NCBI GenBank assembly: GCA_001938485.1
Contig: MQRK01205638.1
Location: forward strand, 23,028 to 87,027
Direction: 5' to 3'
Source of the DNA: Girardia tigrina
Taxonomy: Eukaryota
Length of the DNA stretch: 64,000 nt
Shown: positions 1 through 14,340 of the stretch, in pieces
Numbering within the stretch: the stretch's first letter is position 1
Layout of the letters: every line of letters starts with the position of its first letter
The notes under the pieces: generated by a model
Told to the model about the DNA's origin: nothing
Seen by the model: the letters and a program-made list of their open reading frames with translations, nothing else
Database searches by the model: none
Program-made: the position numbers and the translations under genes

Positions 1-1030
1 CTCATAAGAAGATATGTTTTGTATATGGTAGTGACTCCTTAAAACTTCGACAGTGTCAATACTGGTTTTCTAAATTTCGTTCTGAAAAATTTCATCTGAT
101 AGATGCACCACGCTCCGGTTGACCAGTTGAAGTTGATGGCGACAAAATAATAGCACTGATCAAATCTAATCTACATATGACGACAAGAGAAGTGGCAGAG
201 ACCCTTGAAATATCAAAATCAAGTGTTGAAAGTCATTTAAAGAAACTTGGATTCGTCAGTAAACTCGATATGTGGTTACCACATGAACTGAAAGAAATTC
301 ATTTGTTGAAACGTATAGACATTTGCGATTCCCCTTTTGAAGCGAGAACAAAGTGATCCATTTTTGAAGCGCTCGATTACGGGTGACAAAAAATGGATTG
401 TTTACAACAATGTGGAACGCCGACGATCATGAACAAAACGTGGTGAGCCTGCCAAAACGATCCCAAAAGCAGAAATACACCGAAAGAAGGTCATGCTTTC
501 CGTCTGGTGGGATTTTAAAGGAATTGTGTTTTTTGAACTCCTTCCGAGGAATGAAACCATCGATTCAGACAGATATTGTGGTCAGCTGGAGAAATTGGCT
601 CATTCAATTCAACAGGAACGTCCTGAATTGGCAAATCGAAAAGGAGTTGTAATTCAGCATGATAACGCAAGACCGCATACAAGTTTGACCACTCACCAGA
701 AACTCTTATCGCTGGGTTGGGAGGTTTATCCGCACCCACCGTATTCTCCAGACTTGGCCCCATCGGATTTTCACTTATTTAGATCACTGCAGAATTCCTT
801 AAACAGAAAAACATTCGCCAGTGATGATGACATCAAATCGTTCCTAGACGGCTTTTTTGCTAACAAAGGCAAAGGTTTTTATGAATCAGGAATAATGAAG
901 CTCCCGGAAAGGTGGAAGAGAGTGAATGAAAATAATGGACAGTATATCGTGTAAAAATATTTGTGCATCCATGTCATTTTTTGATAATAAATATTTTAGT
1001 AAAAAACGCAATGACTTTTTGGCAAACCAA
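1..1030 (+). mobile_element. mariner (DD34D) transposon, defective, cut by window start
   Basis: WLPHEL, ITGD, HDNARPH and YSPDLAPSD motifs with 34 residues between the 2nd and 3rd D. Frameshift near 335 and a TGA at 430. Right TIR ends ...GGCAAACCAA followed by TA. Closely similar to the copy at 61978-63199. Confidence 0.95.
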
Positions 1031-1856
1031 TATTTTGATTAAATTGATTGTGTTTTATAAGTTTTGATGCATTTTTATACTTTTATAATTTATTTTTTAA
1101 ATGTGACTTTTTTATTCTATATCTGTTATTTTTTAACATATTATATTTTTTACACTAATATTAATATAAACTAATTTTCATTTATATGTTATAGTTAAGG
1201 TGTCTTTTAGATCACTGTTGCTCCGTTAATGGTTAATATCACAATAACTTGTAATTTTCAGGTTTTGTCTTGAGATATAATGCATTAAAACAAATTACTT
1301 GCATAAAAGTCTTTCTTTTCATTCTTTTTATTTAACCAAACCCAAAAATCCTTCTTTTTTTGACAGAATATAGAAAGTCTATTGAACTTAAATTTGGAAC
1401 ATATTCTCATTCATTTAAATATTGAAACAAGGTTGGAAAGTTATTATTCAAAGTGAAATATTGTTCCTCGAAATTGTAATCATGGTCATCTTCGGTCACA
1501 AAAAACTATGATATATCAATTTGTGTAAAGAAAAGCAATGTTTAGATATTCATTACATAACGACTAAATAATAATCATAATTTCAATAACATTAAAGATT
1601 GTAAATGTTTTAATGATGTTTGTAGATTCAATTTAAGATCATAAAATTTTATTATGAATGTTCTTTCACATTTCTTCCCTTCATCCCATAGTTATTAAAC
1701 CGTGAACTAAAGTTTTAAAACTACTTATATCGACTATACTAATTTAACAGTTTTGTTTACATTTAGAAATTTTACTATCACGTTCTTTTAAAATTTGCTC
1801 CTAGATTCTTTCACAAAGACGATGAAAAGTCTCTCCGAAACATGCGGCATAACATA

Positions 1857-2480
1857 CAGTCGTGACTATAATTCACCAGCCAACCATAAAAATACTAAGA
1901 TTTTTGACTAACTGATATTGTAGCGAATTATTAAGGACATATTCAGTACAAACAAATTATAAGAAGAATACAGACATGGATGCACAGTTCTAACACTCTT
2001 CTACTAGTACTTTGTAAGACCACCTATTGCATTAATCACTCCTGCCAATCGGCGAGGCATTGACGTGATTAGATTGTCAGTGAGTTCGGGGCTGATTTCT
2101 TGTACCCAAACACATTTAATCACGTCAAGTACGTTATCATATGATGTGAGGGCATGCTTAGCAACCATTTCTTTCACTATTCTCCAACAATTTTCAATCG
2201 GCGATAAATCATGTGAGTTGCCAGGCCATGGACCCAGAACGTTGATCTTGTTTGCTTTCCACCAGACTTTGTTAAGTCGCAATTGATGGCATGGAGCCGC
2301 AGCGACAAGATCAGCTTGTATTATACAGGAACCAGGGAATGGATTGGTTATTCCAGGATCTCAAAATGGCTCGATCTGTCACCTTGATTGTGATACGCGG
2401 CCTTCCACTGCGTTTCGTATAAGCAAAGACACTGGTGGCTTGATTAAGACGAAGAGTGTCGGCGATTAAAATCCATTAGG
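1857..2480 (-). mobile_element. Tc1-like transposon relic, internally deleted
   Basis: ORF 2004-2282(-) contains WPGNSHDLSPIENCW...SMPRRLAGVINAIGGLTKY, a Tc1 C-terminus. TA+CAGTCGTG terminus at 1855. Right boundary approximate. Confidence 0.8.
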
Positions 2481-2797
2481 ATGATGAAAATGTACGAAAT
2501 TTACGAAAATCTAATTATTTTATTAAAATAAAAATTCATTTAGAACAGAAAATAAAAATTAATGGACGTAAGTAGATCGCAAATGCTATTTTATCTAATT
2601 TACAGTTCATTAGGGATTTATATATAAAATCCTAAAATATATAAAAATTGTTTATGTGATGCAAGGATATCCGCAGTTAACATAGATATATGTGTGAGAC
2701 AAAACTTAAGAGGCAACCCTTTATTTTAAATAAACTTGAAAAAAGATGGCAATTTTTTATTATAAACAAATAAATGCTATTTAAAAATATATTTTAG

Positions 2798-2836
2798 GAT
2801 AATATATTTCGACGGTTTAACCGTCACCATCAGATC
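2798..2836 (-). ncRNA. minimal hammerhead ribozyme in inverted Penelope pLTR (A9G variant)
   Basis: Reverse complement reads GAT CTGATGG T GACGG-TTAAA-CCGTC GAAA TATA TT ATC. Confidence 0.75.
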
Positions 2837-3906
2837 ACTGATTATTTTCTGACTTCACTGATTTCTTTCTTCCATTGAAGAAAAAATAAAATTGTTTTGG
2901 GGGAAAAAACCACTACTTTATAAGAGATATGTAGATGATATCTTTCTAGTCTTTGAATCTCGAGAACATGTGTTTCCTTTTCTAGATTACATGAATTCCA
3001 TTCATCCAAATATAATCTTTACAGTAGAACAGGAAGTAAACGGAAAATTACTATTCCTCGATTTGTTAATTGGAAGGAAAAATGATCATTATGAAACTGA
3101 AATATATCGAAAGAAAACTGATACTGGTTTGTACACCTCCATAAATAGTTTTTGTGAGTTTAAATATAAAAGGAATATGATCAAAGGTTTGTTATACCGC
3201 TCTTGGTTTTTCAAAATCTATTAAAAGTATTGATACATTGAGCAAGTTATTGAATAATAACGGTTACTTTAAGTCCATCATAGACAGACTCACTCGTGAG
3301 ACTGTAGATAAATTAATCGAAAAAGAAAAAATCAAAAATGAAAATATTAATAGTTTAAACATTGAAAACTGCTTTACACCTGGGTATACTCTAAGCTTAC
3401 CTTACTCCGAGGGTTTTAAACACCTCAAGAATTCGATCTTGAAATCAACAAATAAAATTTTAAATTTAAAAATTATTTCTCAATCATTTAAAGTTGAGAA
3501 TATGTTTAGCAATAAATCAAATACTAAATTTAGGATTGTGTTCGGACATTGTTTATCAATACACATGTAATGGGTGCAATGCCACATACATCGGAGACAC
3601 TGCCCGTCATCTCTGCAAACGAGTCCAAGAACACAGTCAAAAAGTGGAAAGAGTAATATTGCTGAGTATAAAAAAACGTGTAAATGTAATATGAGTATAA
3701 ATGATTTTAAGATTTTGTGCAAGCATTTTAAAAATTATTGGGAGAGTGTCATGTGAAGCATTGTTGATAAGATCATGTGATCCTAAAATCAATGTTCAAA
3801 CAGCACTCTCAACTAATTTGTTAAGAGTTTTCGATTAGACTTACGTAAGTGATTACATAATCATTCATTTCTTATATAAAAGCAATAAAAAAAGAACATA
3901 ATCAGT

Positions 3907-3947
3907 GATCTGATGATGACGGTTAAACCGTCGATATATATATTATC
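3907..3947 (+). ncRNA. minimal hammerhead ribozyme in Penelope pLTR (GAAA mutated to GATA)
   Basis: GAT CTGATGA T GACGG-TTAAA-CCGTC GATA...TT ATC. Confidence 0.75.
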
Positions 3948-4904
3948 CTAAAATATATTTTTAAATGGCGTTTATTCCTTTATTTTAAGACTTAGTTTGA
4001 ATTAATTTATTATTTTAAAAACTTAACTTTTCAACTATCGATTTAGAATAAGTGTTTTTTATAAAAGACCCTTCTATTTGTCAATACTTTGATTATATAT
4101 TTACATTGATAAGCACACGTATTAAGATTAAAAGAGTAAATCTTTTATTATGTTTTATTTATATTTATATTCTCAAAACTATTATGAATTGCATATGATC
4201 CATATCACTTTTTTAAAGATTTCATATTTAAAAAGATAACTTTTTCTTTTTTCTATCAAAAGATGTAAGAAAGAAAAAACATTATTGTTTTCTAGGCGTA
4301 TCTTACTTTTTTTATTTTAAATGTACTTTTAATTCTTTTTTAAAAGTCCAAGTTCAGCTTGGCATTGAATTTGTTTTCTTTCACAATTTCATTTTATTAT
4401 TTTATTTTTGTCACAGTTTTTTATTCGTTTTTAAAATACTTTGAATAAATAAATCAAAGAAAAAATGTAATTAATTTAAATCAATAAAACACGGATAAAC
4501 TAATTTTCGCACATACTTTAAAATTTAATTTTCAGTTTTTCAATATTTAATCAAAATATTTTGTCATCACAAAACTTCTTTTTACTTATAATAGAAATAA
4601 AAATAGAATATATTGTCTCAAGTATATATATATATATATATATAATCATAAATCTTAAAAAACATATTGCCTTTAATATTGAATAATAATTTAATAATAA
4701 AAATAAATCCCAAAAAGGTTAATAGGATAATTTAAAGCAAATTTGGCAAGGATTACATAGGTGTCATTTTTACTACCATGGTTACCGGAAGGTTAATAAT
4801 TTAACTGAGGCAAACTATAAGAATTCTCTTCAAATTTGCCATAAAAAGAAAAATAACCAAAATTCAATTAGTCATTTTTCGTCGAAATTTAAATTAATCG
4901 TCAT

Positions 4905-5337
4905 TGTGAGGAATATTTTAGAATGGTGTTTATTGTATGTTGTTTTGTATGTTCTTTTAAGATTATGTTTCTCTACCAAGATGGAAGATTGATATTTTAA
5001 ATGTTTTAAAATTATTTGGATAAGAGTATTTGGACAATTTACAAATGTAAATAAAAACTTTAAAATTAAATTAATTTATTATAAATAATACATTTTACAT
5101 ATTTTTAAAATAATTGAACTTATTTTGTAATTTAAATTGTAAATTATTTTGTAATCAATATTGCAAATTAAATGGTCATTTGAATTTGTTTGAATAATAA
5201 TGTGTTTAGAAAGAGAAATAAAATTTATCAATTAAGAACGATGAATAGTTACAAAAGTTTTGTAGATAATTGTTCTTGAGTCAATGCGAGTTGTAATATC
5301 AATAAATGTATTGAAAATCCAATTAGTGTTATTAATA
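4905..5337 (+). mobile_element. solo-LTR-like element, TG...TA family, copy 1
   Basis: Starts TGTGAGGAATAT, carries the shared CTCTACCAAGATGGAAGATTG box and AATAAA about 30 nt before a TTAATA end. Flanks GTCAT/TTCAT (4/5 TSD match). Confidence 0.75.
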
Positions 5338-5920
5338 TTCATAACTTGCGATTGTTTAATAAATTATTATTTGTCAAAAAATTAAAACAGAAATCAAAAA
5401 ATAGGTTCTCATGTCGCTGACATGTGAAAAAGTTGGGTTTTTGTTGATGAAGAATATCTGTAAAGTTAATACTTTGTACACCTGGAATGTAGAGATGGAC
5501 TTTATAACAATGAAAAATACAAACATCTGCTCGAAGTTAATATAACTTAAAGAGTGTAGAAAACTACAATATATTACGGAATTTTCCCTGTAATTTTCTT
5601 AATTGTTACATGGAATATGCTGACCAGAAGGAACTAAAATCACACATTAAAATCTTGAATTTTTACACTGCACCTCAGCAATAAAGAAAGGAGGAATCTT
5701 ATTATTGTAGCAAAGAAAACATCTACAAAAAGTAAAAAACAAATAAAAGATTACTATAACTTATGTTGGTCAAATAAATATAGCAAACATTTGCTTAAAA
5801 CAGAAGGATAGATGCTTTGAATACCTCCATATATAATGTACCGATCAGTAACAACGATGTGAGAGACTATTGACTGATCCATAGAGAAATATTATTATTC
5901 AAAAGAGAAAACACAACATG

Positions 5921-7264
5921 CAGGGCTTTTTAAGAAATATTCACTTGGGGGGGTCAAAAGCAATTCAGAATGTGCACGTTCCGAAAAACAGTAACATTTT
6001 TGTTGCGTATTAAAATAGTTATTTTTCTTTGTTTTTTATAATGGCGAATGGACAAGTTTATTTATGAAACGATATTTGGTTCCAAGAATTCATTCTGATA
6101 AATATAACATTATTTGGGATTGATTCCAGTTGGAGTAGCTGTAATTATAAAAAAATTGATAGATTTAATTGGAGTATGACTACAAGAATTTAATATTAAT
6201 TTTGATACAAATATTTCAGCTTCAACGCCTGATGATGCAGCAGTAGTTGTAAAGTATGGCAAAACAATAAAAACACTCAGTCAATAATGTTTCAATCATG
6301 AAATCTGTTTGATAATTTGTGTGGCTTTTTATAAAGAAAACCAAAGGAAAAAAATATAATTCAATATATGCGGGTTAACACAGCTTGAACTTGATTTACA
6401 ATCTTAGTCATGTCCTAAGAACGTTTTTGATTTTGAATGAGCGCCAATAAACGAATTGGTTCACTTAAACAAATATATTATATACAGTTTATATACTTAA
6501 ATAAATACAGAGTGTCCCAAAAATATGTATACACATTAAAAATTTAATTTTATTGAATTTTATTTATGTTTAACTTTCATTATATTTAATATAAATAGTT
6601 TTTTTTAACATAAATAGGTTTTTTGTAGATTCAGTCCCTATCATAGGAATGGCATGCAGGCTTAACTTCGAAGAAATTTTTAATGTGTATACATATTTTT
6701 GGGACACCCTTTATATAAACTGAACAAAATGGTTTTTTGTTAAATCTTCCTCAAAACTATTTAAACAGAAATGATACAATATAAATGATTAAAATAATGT
6801 AATTTCGATAAAATAAAAATATTTATTTACTTACGAACTAAATACATAGAAAACAAGCTAATATAAAGCATGGAAAAATCAAAACATTTCTAATTAATAC
6901 AGTTTAAAAAGTTTTGAATAAGCGTAAAACATTTTTGCAAAAATTTTTTTGTTTTATCAGTTTGATCAAATTTTCACATAATCATTTATTGTCATCGAAA
7001 ATGAGTATTTATGCAAAGCTTGTAGAAAATTGATTGAGTAAAAAGCTTTCAAAAATAAGTTGCTAAATTCCATGGATACATACATAGAAAGCAAGCTAAT
7101 ATAAAGCATGGATAAATAGAAAGATAGTTTTAAAGATGGGTTCGGATTATTGATTATGTCAAAATTTACCCTCCCCAGTATATCACTTTTGCCTTGGACT
7201 GGCAGGGCATGTTTGCTGACTAGGGGCAAATACCCCCCAGTCAATATGTTAAAAAAAGGCCCTG
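5921..7264 (+). mobile_element. hAT transposon, non-autonomous, internally deleted
   Basis: TIRs CAGGGCTTTTTAA...ACTTGGGGGG / CCCCCCAGTCAATATGTTAAAAAAAGGCCCTG. 8-bp TSD ACAACATG/ATCACATG. Residual SASTPDDAAVVVKYG...CFNHEICL (hAT TDGA and CxxH motifs). Confidence 0.8.
6508..6711. mobile_element. Tc1/mariner-type MITE nested in the hAT
   Basis: ~38-bp TIR CAG(A/G)GTGTCCCAAAAATATGTATACACATTAAAAATTT, flanked by TA. Confidence 0.88.
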
Positions 7265-8267
7265 ATCACATGAATAGATCAAATGTCTTTTTCCTCATTG
7301 TCTTCAAATGTTTCTATTGCTAGCGCTTTACTAGGGATCATGATTGATCAATTTTATGTTATCCGAAGCAAGCAAATGTGCTGAAATTTCACTCTCAAAT
7401 CTCTTGCATATTTTATGGATTCTACTTCGATACAAGGTATATTATTCAAAACTCAGTATACCAATGCAGTTATGAAGAGACAGTCTGTGGAGGTCGATTA
7501 TTTGCATTAAAAATGAATATTACTCAATGATGATATACCGAGACCATTAGGTTGATTTAACAATTAATATAACATTTTTTGTAACTATTATATTCTAATT
7601 GTTTTTATTATAATAATTACAGAAAAATAAGTGTTACTAAGATAATAGTTTACAATTATAATTTATTATTCGAAATATCGGATAAGTGACTTTGACTTAA
7701 TATAATTTTGTCTGTGAACAGCATGGTACTTTTGTAATTTTAATGTAGAATATTTTCGTTTTTGTAACTTATAAAATTAAAATAAAAGTTTTATCGGTCT
7801 TATCCCGACTAATTATATTTTCCCCACTATTTAATAATTGTTTTTTTGTCAAAATTGAAAATAGTACATGGAAAAAAACTATAATATTTAGTATACTTTA
7901 TAATTGTTTTTTAATAATAATATTATCGATCCATTTTTACAGTAAACATGGACTCAAACAAGATGTAAATTAACAATTAAATATAATTATAGTTAAGACA
8001 ACATATTTCCTAGTTTAATCGATACTAACAAAAAATATTTGGCAATTTTTTCCCTCTTTTATTTTAAAGAAAAATAAAAAAATTAGTAATAATTATGATA
8101 AAATTACTTTTATAAAAATCCACAACATTGGAATGCTAAATCAAATAAAATAAGTGTAATTTTATTTTGAATGAAAAAAAATAATAAAATTTCTGATTTA
8201 TTTTTAATAGATAATTTTTGTATTTTGTTTCTGAAAAAAATTCAATCAAAATATATTTTAAATGACA

Positions 8268-10675
8268 TTAGGTAATTGAATTAATTCGTTGCGTTTTACG
8301 ATAAATTGCGGGGGTATTACATTTTTATGCTTTTGCTTTCAGAAACAAATTCCTCTTAGATCAGATGTTGTTAAGTATTGTTTTAACGACTCATATATTA
8401 GGTGTATAACTTAGTTTTTTGGATTTTTTTGCAGAACAGACAAGTTTATTTATAGGACATAATAAGTTTTATTCTAATCAAAATATTTTCCATCGTTAAT
8501 TATGACTTTCGACCATCTTTCAGGCAAATTATGAATTCCATCGAAAAAAAGAGTTTTGGTCTTTTGATGCGATCCATTGTTCCAGCCATTTTTTTATATG
8601 TTCCTGGTTTCTGAAGTGCTGGTCCCGAAGAGCGCTTTGAATTGATCGGAACAGATAATAATCTGATGGGGCACAATCTGGCAAATAGGCAGCATGCGGT
8701 AGAATTTCCCATTTAAGTGCTTCCAACGTGTTTTTTACTTGTTTTGCGACATGTGGCCGAGCATTGTCATGGAGCAAAATCACTGTGCGCTGTTTATTGG
8801 CTNNNNNNNNNNNNNNNNNNNNNNNNNNNNNNNNNNNNNNNNNNNNNNNNNNNNNNNNNNNNNNNNNNNNNNNNNNNNNNNNNNNNNNNNNNNNNNNNNN
8901 NNNNNNNNNNNNNNNNNNNNNNNNNNNNNNNNNNNNNNNNNNNNNNNNNNNNNNNNNNNNNNNNNNNNNNNNNNNNNNNNNNNNNNNNNNNNNNNNNNNN
9001 NNNNNNNNNNNNNNNNNNNNNNNNNNNNNNNNNNNNNNNNNNNNNNNNNNNNNNNNNNNNNNNNNNNNNNNNNNNNNNNNNNNNNNNNNNNNNNNNNNNN
9101 NNNNNNNNNNNNNNNNNNNNNNNNNNNNNNNNNNNNNNNNNNNNNNNNNNNNNNNNNNNNNNNNNNNNTTTGAATCATTTTCATAGCATGTAGACGTTTA
9201 CTTATGGCTGCTTGAGTAACATTTAACTGTTTTGCAAGCTCTTTCTCTGTTTGTGTAGAATCTTCCTTCAGTAATGATTCCAAATCTGCATTTTCGAATA
9301 TTTTTGGTTGACCGGAACGCTCCTTGTCAATTACGTCGAAATCTCCACTTTTGAAACGTTTATACCAGTTCTCGCAAGTCTGTTGAGTTGGGCATGTTGC
9401 CCATAAGTTTTTTCAAGAAGCCGAAAACTGTTTGCAGCTTTTTTCTTTTGATTAAAACAAAACAGTAGTGCTTCCCGCAAATGCAGTTTTGTTGGTATGA
9501 AAGTTGTCATGCTAAAACGTGATTAAAAATATGTTTATGACGCATTTAAGGTCAATGACCTACTTAATTTTAATGCCTCGATTTCAGCACTTTAAAAATT
9601 TGTACGTACGACTGTAAAATAATGCTTATTACATAGGTTACACCATCTCTTAGAAAATCCAAAAACTAAGTTATACACCTAATACTATCAAGTGTTAGTT
9701 ACATCAGCTTACAATTATTTATACAATTTCTAAATTTATACTAAATAATTTATTTTTGTTGGAAATTCTATAAGATTACTTTTATATAAATAAAACTACT
9801 GCGGAAAGCCATCAGATTTTAAACGGTAAACAAATATCAGAAGGGAATTGCGATATTCAGGAGGTAAGATTTTGACTTGGAAGACAAAGATTGATCTGTA
9901 TAGCGCAAAAGTTTGAAAACAAAGAATTAAAGGCCTTACTGGAAGAAAACTCATCTCAAAAACTTGAAGAGTTGTTCTCATAGTTGGGAGTTGACTTTTC
10001 CACGGTAGGAAAATGACTTAAAGAGATAAGAATGATGAAAAAGAATGGAAATGGGGGGGCATACGAATTATAACCTAGGGATGTTGAAGAGTCTTTTGAG
10101 ATTCAAATTTCTGCTTCAATGGTATAGAAGAAGTCTTACATCGGATTTGTACTGGTGATAAAAGTGATTTATTATGGTAGAATCAAGCGTAGGAAGTCAT
10201 GCTTTAGGCCTGGAAATTAGTACCAAAACGTAATATTCATCGATCTAAGCTTTTTTTACATTTTGTGGGATTAACTGGGTATGATTAATTATAAAGTGCT
10301 GATAAGGCTAGACAGCACTTTTTAAAACCATTGAAGATGCACCTGCAAACACTGACATGCGAAGTCAAAACGCAACCATCGTATTCTCGATATATTGTTA
10401 CTTTATATTATTGATTAACCTGGTTGATGGCTTACGGTTTTTTGACGGAGAAATCAACTACTTTCAAAGAATGTAAAAATTGAATCGATTTACAGATTGA
10501 CTCTAAAGAACGGAACGTTTTTTCCCGACCGATTATCCATCTCCTACCAAAAGATTGAAAAACATAGTTGCAAGGATAAACAATATTTTTAGTAATGTAT
10601 TTCTATATTTAAATTTAAAATAAATAAATCTTTTTTGACTCTCAAAAAAGTCTACAAATTGATTCCATCACCAAA
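8268..10675 (+). mobile_element. old decayed mariner (outer element of a nested pair)
   Basis: Degenerate TIRs at 8268 and 10645-10675. Broken transposase remnants at 9800-10590 (WGAYEL, RICTGD, QPSYSRY). Split by the inner mariner. Confidence 0.75.
8398..9682 (-). mobile_element. mariner (DD34D) transposon inserted at TA, partly in an N gap
   Basis: TIR TTAGGTGTATAACTTAGTTTTT at both ends with TA TSD. HDNARPH...YLPDCAPSDY (8529-8783). N-terminal HTH starting from ATG near 9510. Confidence 0.93.
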
Positions 10676-11404
10676 TAATTTTTTAATTTCTAAAGGAAAT
10701 TTTTAACTTGACCATATATATTTTTCAATAAATTTTATTGAATAAAATAATAAAAGTTAATATAAGTGTTTCTTAACAGAGGATGACTAAAGCAGTGTCG
10801 TACTTGTGATATTTTAACTTCCAAGTAGTTGCAAATTATTTTGGAGCGTTTTTAGTTAAACACGGAAAACTGTTCAAAAGAAGCAATTGACTATACGGAC
10901 ACAGATTAAATATATGAGGATTATTTAGGACAAGGAAGAAGCTAATTGTCAAGAGAATAAACGAAAATCTGTTCTTAAATTTCATTTCTGAAAAAAAAAT
11001 CTAAAAATGTTTTACTAAAACTATTAAAATATATTTTTACAATAGCAAAATCATATATATTTAAATAGACTTAGTGTCACTATATATAATTCTGAAAATA
11101 GTATATATAATTGTGCACACTATATATATATATTATTGAACACAGTATATTTATTAGGGCACAACCTTTTTAAATTTAATTAAAATTCTTTTTTTCCTTA
11201 AGTTTTTAATTACGGGAATGTTTTATGTTGAAGATAAACAATTTCAAATTTCCGTTTCTAAATAATTTTAGTCATTCTTTACTAAAAAAATCCAATCTAT
11301 TAAAGAGAGGAACCATAGATTTTCCAACTACATCAAAATATCTTCGCAAGCAACATCTAAATTATATCCAATATTAAATCCCTTTATCCAGTACAAGCAA
11401 GTTT

Positions 11405-11408
<4 letters not shown>

Positions 11409-11436
<28 letters not shown>

Positions 11437-12340
11437 NNNNNNNNNNNNNNNNNNNNNNNNNNNNNNNNNNNNNNNNNNNNNNNNNNNNNNNNNNNNNNNN
11501 NNNNNNNNNNNNNNNNNNNNNNNNNNNNNNNNNNNNNNNNNNNNNNNNNNNNNNNNNNNNNNNNNNNNNNNNNNNNNNNNNNNNNNNNNNNNNNNNNNNN
11601 NNNNNNNNNNNNNNNNNNNNNNNNNNNNNNNNNNNNNNNNNNNNNNNNNNNNNNNNNNNNNNNNNNNNNNNNNNNNNNNNNNNNNNNNNNNNNNNNNNNN
11701 NNNNNNNNNNNNNNNNNNNNNNNNNNNNNNNNNNNNNNNNNNNNNNNNNNNNNNNNNNNNNNNNNNNNNNNNNNNNNNNNNNNNNNNNNNNNNNNNNNNN
11801 NNNNNNNNNNNNNNNNNNNNNNNNNNNNNNNNNNNNNNNNNNNNNNNNNNNNNNNNNNNNNNNNNNNNNNNNNNNNNNNNNNNNNNNNNNNNNNNNNNNN
11901 NNNNNNNNNNNNNNNNNNNNNNNNNNNNNNNNNNNNNNNNNNNNNNNNNNNNNNNNNNNNNNNNNNNNNNNNNNNNNNNNNNNNNNNNNNNNNNNNNNNN
12001 NNNNNNNNNNNNNNNNNNNNNNNNNNNNNNNNNNNNNNNNNNNNNNNNNNNNNNNNNNNNNNNNNNNNNNNNNNNNNNNNNNNNNNNNNNNNNNNNNNNN
12101 NNNNNNNNNNNNNNNNNNNNNNNNNNNNNNNNNNNNNNNNNNNNNNNNNNNNNNNNNNNNNNNNNNNNNNNNNNNNNNNNNNNNNNNNNNNNNNNNNNNN
12201 NNNNNNNNNNNNNNNNNNNNNNNNNNNNNNNNNNNNNNNNNNNNNNNNNNNNNNNNNNNNNNNNNNNNNNNNNNNNNNNNNNNNNNNNNNNNNNNNNNNN
12301 NNNNNNNNNNNNNNNNNNNNNNNNNNNNNNNNNNNNNNNN

Positions 12341-12368
<28 letters not shown>
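11409..12368. repeat. (TA)n microsatellite spanning an assembly gap; similar gapped tracts at 36234-36371 and 38463-38584, ungapped one at 20585-20626
   Basis: Direct inspection. Confidence 0.95.
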
Positions 12369-12372
<4 letters not shown>

Positions 12373-14340
12373 TATTCGTTAATTTAATTATTAAAAAGTA
12401 TTATCAATTCCGTTTAAATTAAAAGTCAAATTATAAGACGAAAAAAAATTTGTCATTGCTTTTTTTTATTTTTAGATTAACTTCTGTGAAATCAAATAAA
12501 TTAAATATATTATTTTGATGGAATAATTAACTAATTTTATTTCCTTTCTAAAAAATTCGATTTTGATTTGATTTTCCACTTATAATTTTCTCCATACCGA
12601 TTTACACTTTGTAATATATGTCTCACTTTTAATTAAAACTTACTTAAAATATTTGAAAGAAAATGTCAAAAATATATTTATCAAAAATCGCTTATAATTG
12701 AAAAATGAATATAAAATCATTTAATTTAATTTTATGGTTTCAGTAAATAAAAAACAACAGGCCCACGGCTAAAGTTGAAACATTTTAATTATTCTTTATC
12801 TTCGCCGCAAGTATAATTAAAATAAATTTGAAAATTCTTCATTTTACTTTTATTTAAAAAGTATAATCAATTCGGTTTATTTTCTACAAAAAATATTTTT
12901 TTTAATTTTTGAATATTTTTATGCTTTTTTTGAAATTATCTATTTTTTTTTTTAAATTTTATTTTTTAAAAATAATAAATAAAATTATAAAAAATATATA
13001 TGTAATGCAACAATATTAATTTTTTAAAACTTAAACAGAAAAACAACACATGAAAATTTAAATCATAAATCATTTTTTAAAAAGATTTTAAAACAAAATA
13101 TATTTTCATTTTTTTATTTTTTACTTTAATTTATTACATATAAATTTAAATAGTTTTATAGTTAAATTTAGATTAATGTGCGTTTAAAATTAAATAAAAA
13201 ATATATTAATTAAAATAACTTAATAAATTTAAATAAAAAAATATTTTTATTTCTTTTTTTGTATTCTAAAATTTTAGTAAAATATATTATTAATTGACAA
13301 TATAGTTTTTTAATTTAAAAATTATAAAAAATAATTTTAAATGATTAGTTAAAAAATCTACAAAGAAACTTCACTTTATTCTTTTCTCGTTTTGTTTTTT
13401 TATAGAATTAAAAGAGAAAAAAACTTTCAAAAATTTTTTAATTAAAATATCTGACTGCTCAGTTTTAATGTAGAGCCATTTATCATATGACATTTATTAA
13501 TTTAAATAAAAAATTTTATTTTAAACCTCAAATTAAAATAAAAAGAACAATAGAAAATTCACTTTTTGCATGGATGATTTCTTTCAAATAACTTTTTTTA
13601 ATAATTTTTTTTCGGTAAATTTAATTGTAGTTTTAATTCAGAATAAATAAAAAAAATTCGAAATTAACTTGTTGACAATTAATAAATTAAAATAATTTAT
13701 AATTCTAAATTTATTTATTTTATGGTATAAATATTTTTGGAATATTTTTGCAATTTTGTGGAAACAATAGAAAAGATAAGCAATTGTAAACTACTTGAAG
13801 AAGATACCTTTGCTACGGGAATTATTCAATTAGAAACAAATTTTGTTTAATATTATTTAAAAGTTTTGTTTTATATTACGAAAATATTATAAAAACATTT
13901 ATATTTCATTTTATAATGATTAATATATTAAACGAAATAAAATCTAAGGATAACTTTGCATTACTCTATTTAAAATAATAAGTTATCTTCACTTATAATT
14001 ATTCATAATTTGTTAAAACTACGAAAAAAATTGATTATTAATAAAAAAATATTTTAATAAAGGAAGGTCTATTTAGATGTTTTACACTTTTGGTGATCAA
14101 ATGTTTCAGGAAAAATATTAATTTTCTCCTTCAAAATTAAAAAAGATAATTATTCAATGTGAAGGGATCAAGAAGTTACTACCACTCAGCATCAGGTCCA
14201 TTCATTATGAAGATTTTAACGGGGAACTTCTCGGGATCGGAAATAAAATAAAATGATTTTTTTATAAATATTTTATTAATTAGTTTAAAAAACTTAATTG
14301 ATTTTAGATTTTGATCTGAAGTAAAAAATATGATTATTTA

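Larger units (their letters stand above)
2762..3985 (+). mobile_element. Penelope-like retroelement, 5'-truncated, with inverted 5' pLTR arm
   Basis: RT motif YKRYVDDIF and thumb motif YRKKTDTGLY (2892-3224). GIY-YIG VYQYTCNGCNATYIGDTARHLCKRVQEH (3494-3694). 2762-2845 is the reverse complement of 3897-3985. Confidence 0.92.
5590..7560 (+). mobile_element. possible highly decayed piggyBac relic hosting the hAT insertion
   Basis: Only scattered piggyBac-like motif remnants (TYVG; PxIY..N.....D..D; C-terminal Cys remnants) on both sides of the hAT. Boundaries approximate. Confidence 0.3.

Noticed and set aside
515-763. Antisense or alternate-frame ORFs over transposases (515, 2065, 8500, 24894, 43494, 46727, 47793, 62656 and others)
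   Set aside because: Shadows of the transposon coding frames.
8717-9283. Long ORFs across N runs and IY-repeat ORFs (also 29548, 36204, 36216, 38328, 38395)
   Set aside because: Artefacts of assembly gaps and (TA)n microsatellites.
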